From Hydrolagus colliei (taxonomy: Eukaryota): DNA of 64,000 nt. Positions 43,442-55,496 of this stretch are shown here, in pieces. The stretch is from assembly GCA_035084275.1 (NCBI GenBank), contig CM068750.1:3038001-3102000 (forward strand). The letters are read 5' to 3'. The notes under the pieces were generated by a model. It had not been told where the DNA came from, made no database searches, and saw only the letters and a program-made list of their open reading frames with translations. A program made the position numbers and the translations under genes. Every line of letters begins with the position of its first letter. Position 1 is the first letter of the stretch.

Positions 43442-46400
43442 ATGGAGTCGGACAGTAAGTGAAGGAACTCGGCCGCGGTTTCCCTGGTTTAAGGGAGGGA
43501 CCTGGTGGCAATGGCGGCCTTTGTCCGCTGCCCTCTTCCCTCCCCTCCTCCCTCCCTCCCTCCCTCATCTTCATCCTCATATAGGCCTCCTCTCCCCCTC
43601 CCACCCCTCTCCCCAACCAACCCTCCCGGGACTTTCCTGTTTGCGGACGGTGCTTCCCACCCGGATTGAAGGCTGGAAGCCCTCAGGCCTGACTGAGTGT
43701 TCTGCTGACCCCGGGTGGTGGTGGAGGAGGGAGGTGGGGGTGGTGATGGGGAGAGAGAGAGAGAGAGAGTGTGGCTCTCTGTCGCCCCCTATCGGCCTCC
43801 TGACTCCGGTCTGTCGTTGGTTTGTACAAATGTCTATTCCTGGGAGGGAGTTCGTTGCAGCTGTGCTTTGGAAGGTATCAAATTACTTCCCCCCCCTAAC
43901 CCCCCCAATTTCTCTAACCAGACACCAGAAGAACTCTTATGTCAATGTGGTTTCTGGCTGGAAGATGTTCTGGCCGCACTCTCTCTCTCTCTCTGTTGCT
44001 GTGTCTCCCTTGATAATTTCATGGTTTCTGAGAGCACATTATTGTGTTTCTGTTCTTGTAAAAAATCCTTATTCATTCCGCGCTCCCCCACACAGCCTTT
44101 TAGAAGTTACATTTATAATAATAATAATCCTTGCATTTGATGCAGCGCTTTTTCACAACTTATCGACGTCCCAAAGCGCTTCACAGAATATACTGTAAAG
44201 TGAATTGACTGCATATATTTGTGGGCGAATCGCGGCAGCCAATTGCGCACAGCAGTGTCCCACAAACAGTCGTGGATTGAAATGACCAATTTTATTATTG
44301 TGTTGTTTTTGGACGGATTATTATTAGGCATGTGTGTGGAGTAAGGAAACTTGCCCAAGGTTTCGCTCTGATCTGCCTGGATTTGAACACAGTTTCCCCA
44401 GCTTGGTCTCCCCAGCTCCACGTGCTGGCACACATCAATCCATTTCTGGGGGTCGGTGATTTACAAGCTGTAAAGTCAAGTATTGCTGGCTGCCTACATA
44501 AATACATGCCCAAGTCTGAATCAGACCTAACAGACATGTGGAAATGGTAACTTCTTATAGGGTAGTAGGCAACTTCCATTATGATATGACCTCATTTAGG
44601 TGTTTCACAGCCATGTGATTTGCATTTAGGATTCTTCCGAGAAGTGTAAACAACCACTTTGGACTCGTGTAATGCTGAGATGTTTACATAAGGCGTTTTT
44701 TTTTCTATTTTCTATGTTTTGGCATTTGCCCACAAATATACAGTCAATTCACTTTGCAGTATATTGAGTGAAGCGCTTTGGGACGTCTAGAAGATATGAT
44801 AAGCGCTAGAATTTTAGTTGCAAAATTCAAAAATTCGCCCCCTAAATCAGAAATTTATTGCTAGCACCACATTTTGAGAAATTTTGTCAGCATTCTGTTG
44901 TATCTTGAAGACATAACTGAATCAGAGGAGAAATTTTTGCAGCAGTTCAGTCAAATATTTTATGGGAGTTCCAGATTCTCCCCCGGCACAAGGATGGGCT
45001 GAATGGCCTCCTTTTGTGCCATAAGATTGTATGATTGGCTGTCATATAGAGCAAATTGGATTTCTTTCTATTTCCTGCTCAGTTAGGAAAATGGCACCTG
45101 TTTTCAATCTTTAACTCTGCCCTTTATTTATTGATCCATAGCCCAGAAATGGACAACAGTACTTGGTTTTTCCTAATTTATTATGATAAGTGAGAGAAGT
45201 TGCAAAAACAATGCTCAATGCCTGTTTGGAGTTTTGTAATACATTTGTCCAATTTTTATTTCAGCCCATGAACTTGTTTTCTTTTCAGTCTCAAATCAAA
45301 CTTTGTCAGCATCGAATGATAGACTTAACGCTGTGGATGAAAGAGACTTTGAAAAGTCTTTGTGTGAAAACACTGAAGCCACAGTTATTTCACGTCTTAA
45401 AGACACGTTGATGCCAAACTCTTCTTCCGATACAAGTGAAGTCTTTGCTACTGCCACAGAAATTGGAGTGACTGACACAATCGGAGAAGCCACTGCAGAT
45501 CCTGAATTAGACCCGATTGAGACCTCAGCAATGCCAGTGGGATCACCTGAAGGTTCTGCATCAATGGACACAGGATCTCAACCTGATAACTCGCCAAATG
45601 AGAGACTAACAGAAGATCTAGAGAAAGCAGAAGTGGCTGATTTGGAAAACCATTTTCCTTCAGAATATGAAAAGTTTTGGAAAGTGGTTGAGGACAACCC
45701 TCAGGACTTCACCGGTTGGACGTACCTGTTACAATATGTAGAACAAGAGGTGAGTAAACATACTCGTGTATAGAATTGGAAAGGTTACAAGCACTTGCAT
45801 GAGATTTTAATCTGAGATCCCATCTGCCTGTTCAGGTAGATTTTTAAAAAATATCTCATGACATAAAGATCCCATCACTATGTTTCTCCTTGTGTTCCAT
45901 GTGAGAGTTTGAAATATCACGGACAACTGGAGTGTTGGACGGGGCAGGGAAATTAACAACCAAATATAGGTTTGTGCGAGTAAAATGTTTAAATTAAAAT
46001 CCTTAAATTAATATTGGTTCTAATCTGTGCGAATTATTGATGGGTGCCTAGATAGTGAAATAAATAGAATTCTGCTTTTTTTCAGAATCACATCTTGGCA
46101 GCAAGAAAAGCTTTTGATAACTTTTTCTCTTACTACCCGTACTGTTATGGTTATTGGAAAAAGTATGCTGATTTCGAGAAGCGCCATGACAACATGAAGC
46201 TGGCAGAAGAGGTGGGTGGTTTCTTGTGACTTTGTTTTCATCCTGGTTTTTTTACAAAAACTTTTTTGTTTTAATTTTTTCTTTAAAACCAGGCCTTGTC
46301 TTAGGTTGCTACTGGAAGTCGGGTTCCACTCAGAAAGGCTAAAGCAAAGGTGAAGGATGCAAGAGAAAAAGTCTTTGAGAGTTTGATCTTGGCTTTCAGT

Positions 46401-49400
46401 AGATGTCTTTTTCAAGGTATCTTCCACTTTCACGGATTTTTAGATTTGAAGTAAAACATTTTTCCCCGTAGCAGTTTTCAGCTAATGTCTTCTCTCTTTG
46501 TTAACAGGTACATTAGTACTACAGTTTGTCGAGCTTTGCAGTGCAAATCACTGTATTACAGTGCAGCTTAACAAGTAGGGCAGGGCTTTCCTGACAGTTT
46601 TTTATTAGGTGATGCAATTTCAATTCAAATTGGGTTTTCCCCGTTTTTATATTTGTTTTTTATTTTTTGCTGAATTTTATTACATTTCTGGTTAGAGGCT
46701 GTCAGTGATGTTCTAATGGGTCTGTGCCCTATGGTCTGTACCCCAAGCCTGCCCCTACCTGGTCAGAATGCAGGAACCATCTCACACTCTGAAGATCAAG
46801 GCTGTACGCGTGGAGAGCAGAACATTGTGATGTTCTTTCCACAAAATGGTAATGACAGATTATTCAAAACAAATTCCTGATTTTTATCTGCATTTCTGAA
46901 AATAAGTTATTGGGAAACAAATTTCCAGTGTACACTCTCTGCTGGAGGTTTCTATAACCAGCGGATTTTAGTTATTATCAGAAACCTTTGTCGCAGGTAT
47001 ACCGACGAGGACTACAAGCAATACCTCTCAGTGTTGATCTGTGGCTTCACTATATCAATTTCTTGAAAGAGACCTTGGATAACAGCAATGCAGAGACCAG
47101 TGCCAAATTAAAAAGGTAATCATGGATTCATATTTGCACTTGTGTCAGATCAAAGATATTTTATTTACGATTTTGCCTCTTGATGCTGAATATTCTAACT
47201 TGAACAACAACAAAATTACATTTATAGAGCACCTTTCACATCGGGAGGACATCCCAAGGCACTGAACTTCGGCAGAGAAGACAAAAGTCTTGAGACTTAA
47301 GTTGTATTCCTGGCATGTTTTTGTGACTGTCAGCCAGGCACCTTAAGATCACAAGATTGATCAAGGAGTGTGTATTGATTCATATTTAAATATAAAACAT
47401 TATTTTAGGTGAAGTGATTTCAGAATTGAGCACTTCCATTCACAGTTTTGAGTGTTTACAGATAGCCAGTGACAGAATTGTTTTAACAGGATTAACAATG
47501 GGTGAATTGTACTGAATTTTCTATTTGAATCATTCACAGTGTGTTTGAGCACTCCGTGTTAGCTGCAGGGACGGACTTCCGCTCAGACAGACTGTGGGAA
47601 ACCTACATCAATTGGCAAAATGAAAGTGGAAACTTGGTGGAGGTGACTGCAATTTATGATCGGATTCTTGGTATTCCAACTCAGCTTTACAGTCACCATT
47701 TCCAAAGGTGAGTTACAGCAAACAAAGTGTGGTCGCATTCCTTGTTATAGGAGTGCTTTTTTTTGTAAATAAACTTTTTTTTTAAAGTAAAGATTAGAAA
47801 CCGAAGGGAAAGTAAATACCCAAACTAAAACTGAGTTTAGTTTTTCCATTGCACAGAGGAAATGCTGTTGAGAATGCAGTCTCACTGTTTTCTGGTGTTA
47901 TTCCATCTTATGTTTGTCGAAAATTGTTAAGATTGCTGCTGTTCATTTTGTGTAGTGCTTATAGGGTGAAACCATTCAGTGCTTAATATTCCTTACAACT
48001 TGTAAAATATCATTTCTTGCCCAGTGACAGCCACACGATTTGTATGAAATGTTATTTGAGAGTTGTGCTGAACCACATAATATACATATATATTTTAAAT
48101 ATTTACCACTTAGTAAATTAAAAATTGTAATAGCTTCTTTATTTTTATGCAGAGGTTCTACAGTCCACAAAGGATTAAATGTGAAACTCTCAATAAACTG
48201 AATCTTTGGGGTAGGAAAATTCCTGTAGTGCATTGAACATTTTATATTATATAAACTGGAATTTTCTTTCCTATAACTGTCTGGTAATGGAGGCTACCCG
48301 AGCTGCTATTTTATGACATGCGAATGATTGCTGTTTTTCAGGTTCAAAGACCATGTTCAAAATCATTTACCTAAAGATATAATCTCCACTGAGGACTTCA
48401 TGAAACTGCGTAGAGAACTGGTAGCCAAAAATAGCCACTTCGACAACGATGGACCTCCAGGGGATGACCTGGAACCTGGAATTGACTTAAACGATCCTGC
48501 ACAAGTACGTTTGTATAAAATTACTGCTTAGGAGTCCTGTAGATCCGGTGAGAACACTCGCCTTGCCAGCAAAATACATGGTCCCATCGGCAACTCCTAA
48601 TCCCCCCCCACCCCACCCCCCTCCCTTTTGAGGCATCCGGAAGACGTGAAAAGCGATATATCAACTGCAGGGATTATTATTACTTGCAACCTTTGAGACT
48701 TTTTGCTCGTATTGATTCCGTCTCAGTTTGAGATGCTTTGCTTGTCTCTTTACCAATACTATGTTCTTTGCTTTTCCAGATTGTTTCTGAAATCGAGAAC
48801 ATGCGTCACCGAATAATCGAAATTCGGCAGGAGACACACAATCACAATGAGAATGAGGTTAGCAGGCGATGGACCTTTGAGGAAGGGGTAAGTAGGAGGC
48901 TAAAAATGCCCCTGAATTTGAATGTAAAATTAATTTAATACAAGTGTTGTGCGACAGCAGTAAATTGACATGAAGAAAAGTATAGAGTTCTTTGTTCACA
49001 TTGTCAAGAATTTCTAATTATGAAAAATGCTTCCTTTCATAACCGCTATACTGATACCATAATGAGCTAATATTCATATAATGATTCTTTATAAATACAG
49101 ACAGATTGTCAAAACATTAGCAGAAAAAAACAGTTAAATCATCTGTTTCATATTTGCACTTGTTTCAATTGTCAACAACTGATATTGCTCAGTTATGTTG
49201 CACATCTGGTATTGTGAGATCAGTGGGTGGTGTTGAATGCCACTGAGTCTGACTATCCCATTTGCAAGTATTTATAGTGCAGGAATGCTTTGGCTGTTTT
49301 CAGTGTGATACTTAATATATATAAAGCGTGTAAAACCTACATTACAAAGTCTCAGTTGTGTACCCAAAGTTTTACCGCAATTGCAAGAAATAAATGAATT

Positions 49401-52400
49401 TTTTAAACTTGCAACTATAAATAATCGTAATAACAAATTCACAATTTGACCTCTAAGCCAAGCATTTTTCGCAAAATAACACTATATATACATTTATCTT
49501 TCATCCTAGATTAAAAGACCTTACTTCCATGTCAAGCCACTGGAAAAAGCACAGCTAAAAAACTGGAAAGATTATCTTGATTTTGAGATAGAAAATGGAA
49601 CCCTTGAGCGTGTGGTTGTTCTGTTTGAGAGATGTCTCGTGGCCTGTGCCCTTTATGAAGACTTCTGGATAAAGGTTTGTTTGGTGCTTCTTTGTGGATG
49701 GAAAATATTGCAGACTTTGTTTTAGGCGGGTTGGGGGGAATCTTAAGCAAACACAGATCAAATCTATCAATAAATATTTTTTCTGAAGTTCAGTTTGTTT
49801 GTAGTAAAGTCACAAGTCTCCATTTGTTTGAAGTAAGTTTTCTGATCTCAGCTGTAGTTAATATAGTGGCTGTACTATTGATCTTTTATTTGGCTTGGCT
49901 GAGAGTGTCACTTGCAGAAACCCATCGCTAAGCTTAAGAGTATCCAAACCAGTCTTGAGTTGTGTATATGTATACCACTTACAAGTAGAAATTTCCCTGT
50001 GTCTGCAATGGAATGTGGATGGAAGTACCCTACTTGATTGAGTACCAAATACACTTTGGCGAGAGCCGGAGCAAGGCTGTTAGTGCTCCTCATCATTGAT
50101 CTCCACACTCACGGCTTGTTTAAGGAGGATACTGTTTGGGGTGGAACCTCGGGTTGTTATGCAGTGACCCTTGTTGTAACATTAGTTGTAGAAAAGTATT
50201 TATTGATCTGCAACATATTTGCCAGTGTGAGTGAGTGAGTCCCAAACTATTTTCTTTCAGTATGCGAAGTACATGGAAAACCACAGTAATGAAGGTGTGC
50301 GGCATGTCTACAGCAGAGCCTGCACAGTTCACCTCTGCAAGAAACCCATGGTACATCTACTTTGGGCAGCTTTTGAGGAACAACAAGGTGAGTTGCAAAG
50401 ATCAACTAAATCTGCACCGTTGTTGCTTAATTCTGATGACCATATTAAAAGTGCTGCAGTACAAGTCTTTAGTGTTCTACTGAGATTAACGACAGCAATG
50501 GGATTGTGTAACCAAGGCAGGTTAGGTCTATGGAAGCAGCCATTGTTTTAAAAAGCTCCTCTTGAGTAAAATGCTGTATGAATAATGAGGGTATTGGCTG
50601 TCAAATAGTAAGGACGTGTAAAGCACATTGAAAACATGAGATGTTTCTTAATTATGTAATTGCTGTTTGAAGGCAACATCAATGAAGCGAGAAGAATTCT
50701 CAGATCGTTGGAAGAATCTGTGCCCGGTTTGGCCATGGTCCGCTTAAGGCGGGTTAGCTTAGAGCGTCGCCACGGAAATATAGATGAAGCTGGGTTTCTG
50801 CTGCAAGATGCTATTAAAAATAGCAAAACCCCGAGTGAAGCTTCTTTCTACGCTGTGAAGTTGGCTCGTCTTTTATTCAAAGTGGAAAAGAGCCTTTCAA
50901 AAGCCAGGAAGGTTCTGGTTGAAGCAATTGAACGTGATAAGGTATGTTGCAGGAAATATTTCAAAGAGTACTTTGCAATGCACATATTACAAAAAACGCG
51001 TCTACTTTTTTGTCCAATTTTCATCCCGAGAAGTATTTCCACTTCTATTGTTAACACATAGCCAATTTCAAAAACTAGCTCTATGCTGAGTGTTTTGCTT
51101 TTTTAATTTAAATTACACACAGAACTTGATGGCAGTTAATTCATTGAGAACTGCTGCGGAGTTTCCTTATGTTCCCACTATAGGTTGTCTGAAATTTACA
51201 GACAACTTATAGTGGTTTTAAAAAAAGGAAATTCACATGAAGCATAAACCGAAACTACGTTCCCACTAGTAGTTGTAAGAAAGAAATGACACTCCTGATC
51301 AGATTTGATTAAGTAGCGACTTTGGGAATCTGCTTCTGCAAATAGAAGATGGGAACTGAGTCATCTGCCTTGTTGTTCTGGACAAACGTAGCAGATACAG
51401 TGTATTTATTCTGGTTAGGGCTGCAGCTTTGAAACCGCATTTTTGGTCAGAAATCGCAGAGCTGCACGGTAGATTTACTGAATTTCGTGGGTTTACGACA
51501 ACGACAAACCCGCAACCCTAATGATGGTGCATTACTGTACGGGACACTGCAAATTGGATGAGTAACAATCGGTGTCTTTTCTTCTAGGAAAGCACAAAAC
51601 TATACCTGAACTTGCTGGAACTAGAATACAGTGCAGAACTGAAACTGAATGAGGAAAATATTCTGAATTGTTTTGACAAAGCTATAAGCAGCTCAATGCC
51701 TATTGAAACCAGGATAGCTTTCTCACAGCGAAAGGTTGAATTTTTGGAGGACTTTGGCTCTGAGGTGAAAAGGTAAATTTAAAGCATCACATTGTTATAT
51801 CATCGATTTCCTTACATAAGCTTTTTTAAAACTGCTTTGAGTTGCATAGCACACCAGCACTGTTGAATAATTTTGACAGGAAGTTAAGTTGAAATCTTTG
51901 ACAAACTGCAGAATAATCTATTAATGATTTTCATTGTGGCTTCTGCTGGCCTTCGCAGGAACATTCTTGTGCAGGAAAGAATGTTAAAGACACCAATATC
52001 GCAATGAACACTTACACAAAACAAAAACAACAACACAATTCCATTTGTATAGCGGATTTTCAAGTCGGGAGGACGTTCCAAGCCACTGAACAATAGCTGT
52101 CATGGGAAATCCTCTGTACAAAATGAGTGTGGTAGATCACCTACTGGATTTGTTTGGTCCATTTTGAGCAGTTGTCTGAAACTTGCACTTTAAAAAAAAA
52201 AGGAAATGCTGATTCACATGAAGCATAAACTGTGAAATGGTTTTAAGATCTTTGTAGAGAGTATCTGCAATGAGACGGCATTGATTCTTGAGAGGAATTA
52301 TTTGCAGTGCTATGGTGTGTGAAGCAAAAGTGATTTGAGAGTGTTTGAAATCGGTGACAGCTGTCATTAATAATAACAAAAATAATAATGATCTTCTCTT

Positions 52401-54043
52401 TCCTAGACTTATGGTGGCTTATGATAATCATCAAAAGCTTCTTAAAGAGCAAGAATCTTCTAAAAGGAAGGCAGAAAATGGGTAAGTGGTGATTCCTTTC
52501 TTTGTGCAAATGTCTGCTGCCTTTGCCTGCCAAAGATCACGGCTCTAATTAATTGTGAAGTCATTTGAGATGTTTATATGTGAGCAGGCTTCATGGAAGT
52601 GAAAATTATTTGATTGTAAAGCTTCATTATGAAGCTTTAGGTCTTGAACCTTAGATTTGTCACGCGGTGAATATCCAATCTAGTTGAAAACACGATCTCA
52701 CGTTGATCGGGGCAGAAATGGAGGCTCAATCATGCGCTCCTTACAGCCAGGTACAAAGTACAAAGTGTCATATGGAATGTGTTCTGGGAACAGTTTACCT
52801 ATCCTCCACCTTATCTTTGAAGCACTTTTGAGATGTCTAGAAGACGTGAAGGCACAATAACAAATACAAGGATCATTATCTACTTGTTACCCTTGCTTTG
52901 TTATTAGGGTTTGATTTTTATATATATATATATGTGTGTCCATTGAATTTTGGAGAGGATTGCAGACAAACAATTATAGTTTGTGTGGTTTTGTTTAAAT
53001 GTTGCAGATCAGAAGAGCCAGGGGGCAAAAAGCACCGACCTGATGATGCATCATTGGCATCTACTCAGATGATGGGTGGAGACTTGCAGGCTAATCAGGC
53101 TGCATACCACTACAATGCTTGGTATCAGGTGAGCAAACAATGTTCAATCGAAGGGAGTTTTTTCTCTGATGACCTGGCCAATGATTCCACAGGTAATTGC
53201 AAGTCCTGTAGCTCAGTAGTTAGAGCACTCACCTTACAAGCGGGAGAGCTGGCTTTTATTCCAGGCAGGGCGAAACCTTGGGTAGGTTTCCTTTCTCCAC
53301 ACTCTTGATAATAATCCCTCAAGAAAACCCCCCAATAATAAATAAGTAATTTGACTGTGGGACACTGCTGTGCGTAATTGGCTACCGCGTTTCGCCCTCA
53401 AAAATACATTCACTTTACAGTATATTATGTGAAGTGCTTTGAGACTTCAAAGATGTCAAAAGCGCTACATCAAATGCAAAGATTAATATCTATTTTTAAA
53501 AAGTCATTAACTTCACAGTTGTTTGCGGGACATTGCATAGTACAAATTGGATGCTGTGTTGGCCAACAAATATACACTATGACTACAAATACACAAATTT
53601 ACAGTGGTGTAACATCCAAAGCGAAGATTATTTTACAATAAATAATGGCAAAGTCAGGCTCTACCATTGTTGAGGGTTCTGAGGCACTAGATCCTGTGTG
53701 GAGGATGCTGCATAAGTGCAAGTTGTTGTAATGAGAAATATGATGCGATCAAATCTGAAGACTTTATTTTCAGTCTCGAATCCCCCAAAATTTCAAGACA
53801 ACTTGCTTCACGCTATGCTTATTGTATCTTAAAGAGTTTTTAAGACACTCATTTAAAGGGCAAGCAGTTATTGTTGAAATTGTTTGGCCCCTGTGATTGG
53901 TAGGGGATGGTGTTGTTAAGGTTTTTCCATTTATGCTTTTAAAATTTATTTAAATTTATACTTTTTTTTCTTTTTTCCTCCTACAGTACAACTACCCGAC
54001 ACCCTGGAACTATGGGCAATATTACCCACCTCCTCCTACCTAA
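43442..54043 (+). CDS. PRPF39: Pre-mRNA processing factor 39 (HAT-repeat protein, about 718 aa); exons 43442-43454, 45289-45749, 46086-46211, 46997-47115, 47540-47707, 48342-48504, 48780-48887, 49510-49674, 50261-50387, 50673-50941, 51588-51772, 52407-52481, 53008-53128, 53987-54043
   Basis: [59 protein letters not shown]-terminus [18 protein letters not shown]. The chain is 2157 nt in frame. The exon 1 ATG is inferred from phase. Confidence 0.95.
44117..44390 (-). mobile_element. Deu-type tRNA-SINE in PRPF39 intron 1
   Basis: Close match to the reverse consensus. A partial plus-strand copy lies at about 44722-44810. Confidence 0.9.
46293..46416 (+). other. PRPF39: Candidate PTC-containing (poison) cassette exon in PRPF39 intron 3
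   Basis: Long U tract and ccAG at 46291-46292. The reading frame from exon 3 gives GCC TTG TCT TAG. Donors AAG|GTGAAG (46349) and AAG|GTATCT (46416). Confidence 0.55.
50427..50489 (+). ncRNA. Candidate box C/D snoRNA in PRPF39 intron 9
   Basis: CTGATGA at 50433-50439, CTGA at 50480-50483, terminal stem TTAATT/GATTAA and an outer 8-bp stem. No family recognised. Confidence 0.3.
51416..51520. mobile_element. Short hAT-like MITE
   Basis: Termini TAGGGCTGCAG and CCGCAACCCTA are imperfect inverted repeats. Flanks ATTCTGGT and ATGATGGT match at 6/8, consistent with a decayed 8-bp target duplication. Confidence 0.4.
53202..53490 (+). mobile_element. Deu-type tRNA-SINE
   Basis: gtagctcagtagttagagcactc head, gtgggacactgctgtgcg core, gcgctacatcaaatgca tail. 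Confidence 0.85.
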
Positions 54044-55284
54044 CTTTATTACATAATCATTGCAGGACTGGTATTTGCTCCAAAAGAAAAAATATAGAAT
54101 ACTTCATTTAAATATCTCCAGCTGTGGAATTATTTTGTCAGGGATTTAAAATAAACTTTGAGGCAAAGTTGTTTTGGGGTGGGGGGGGAAGTTTACTATG
54201 ATATATTTGAATGGTTTGTGTTTGAGTAAATTTTATGAATTCTCATAATGACACCTTTTAGAATGTGAAATCTTTTTTAATTTCTATTCTCTTCATACTT
54301 TTTGTTAATAGAAAAATTAATTAAAAAAAACTACTGCAGCTGACCTCTGGTGTTTGTTTCTGTGTCAAGAACCTATTGAGCTTACAAATGTAACTCGTGC
54401 TTTGCGTGAAGAAGCTAGCTTCAATTAAGTGTTTGGCCGTGAAACATACGTTAGAAATAGTTCTTGTTTTTGTAGACATTCCATTATCAGTTTATGTTCA
54501 AAAAAATAAGGCTATACTGGAACAGATTTGAATGTTGCATATGAAGCATTTTGAGATGTTCATTCAGTCAAAGGTATCATACAAGTCCAAGTTAGATAAA
54601 TGACAATGTGTCATGGAAATGTTCAGCGGTGCAAATAATTACTGAAAAGGATCAAAACCAAAAGTACATAAAAGGGTCACGGAGCCTGGTGCGGGAAAGG
54701 ACAAGAACCGCAGATCTGGTTTGGGCGGATCTGCAGCCTGCCTGGCTCAGTCCTGGGATCCGCTTTTGTGAAGCGCTCTGAGACACCGCCCGGCAGGGAG
54801 GGAAGTATATAAATCAAAGTTGTTGTTGTGAAGGGAAGACCCAGGAAGGTCGATGAGGAGGAAACGGGTTTCCATAGTCAAGCCCTGATGTGATGAATGT
54901 GTGCGTGAGGGATGAGTCAGTGGTGGAGTCTGACGATGTTATGGAGAAATACTTGATTCTGAAGTTTTCTTATATTGAAACTTGAACTTTTGGCATCTGC
55001 CTAACAAGCAAATGGAAGTTGGAACTACTGCATGTCTGAATGCCTGCTTTCATTATGCCAAATGCAACAGGCAGAGACTTGAACTCCACCCATCTGTTCA
55101 CCTAAATATATCCAGGCCTGACATGTCAGTTATTTAAATTTCTGTTCACCTGGAATAAAGACTAACGGTCAAATAGGGATCATTTGATGAGACTGATGTT
55201 TAAACTGTACAGTAGTGTGAGCTCCCACACAGGAGGAGGGGATACAGTTACAGCCATTATAGTCCTGTACTTAACTTCAGGGCG

Positions 55285-55496
55285 TGTTGTGCGCATGCTC
55301 GATTCTCTGCCGTGCGGTTCGAGAAGCGCCTGCGCGGTGCCGTACAGCAACGCCCTCACCCCCGCGCGATTTGTCTTCCGTACAGTTTTTGAGGTGCGCC
55401 TGCGCGGTGCCGTACGCCGCCCTCGCTCTCTCTGCCCGAAGCCGCGCTGACGGACGGTCGCTCTTTGGTTCGCTCGAGTCGCGACTTGAGGCCTCG
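55285..55496 (+). promoter_or_regulatory. FAU: FAU promoter and non-coding exon 1 (about 55461-55496)
   Basis: NRF1-like TGCGCATGC near 55290 and a duplicated 20-mer GCGCCTGCGCGGTGCCGTAC (55326, 55396). TCT/TOP-like CTCTTT at 55461. Donor CG|GTGAGG at 55497. Confidence 0.7.

Noticed and set aside
42909-44198. Long ORFs 43521-44198 (225 aa), 42909-43424 and 43715-44140
   Set aside because: Low-complexity translations of the GC-rich PRPF39 promoter and intron 1, running into a SINE; no recognisable domain.
46403-46424. ATGTCTTT..GTATCTTC resembling tandem U11-binding sites (USSE)
   Set aside because: Both half-sites deviate from RTATC(C/T)TT; too weak to claim without conservation data.
50442-50460. 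Resemblance of ATATTAAAAGTGCTGCAGT to 18S rRNA
   Set aside because: Sense orientation, short and imperfect, so neither a guide nor an rDNA fragment.
54889-54932. GTGATGA...CTGA pair downstream of PRPF39
   Set aside because: Not intronic, no terminal stem, and too short for a snoRNA.
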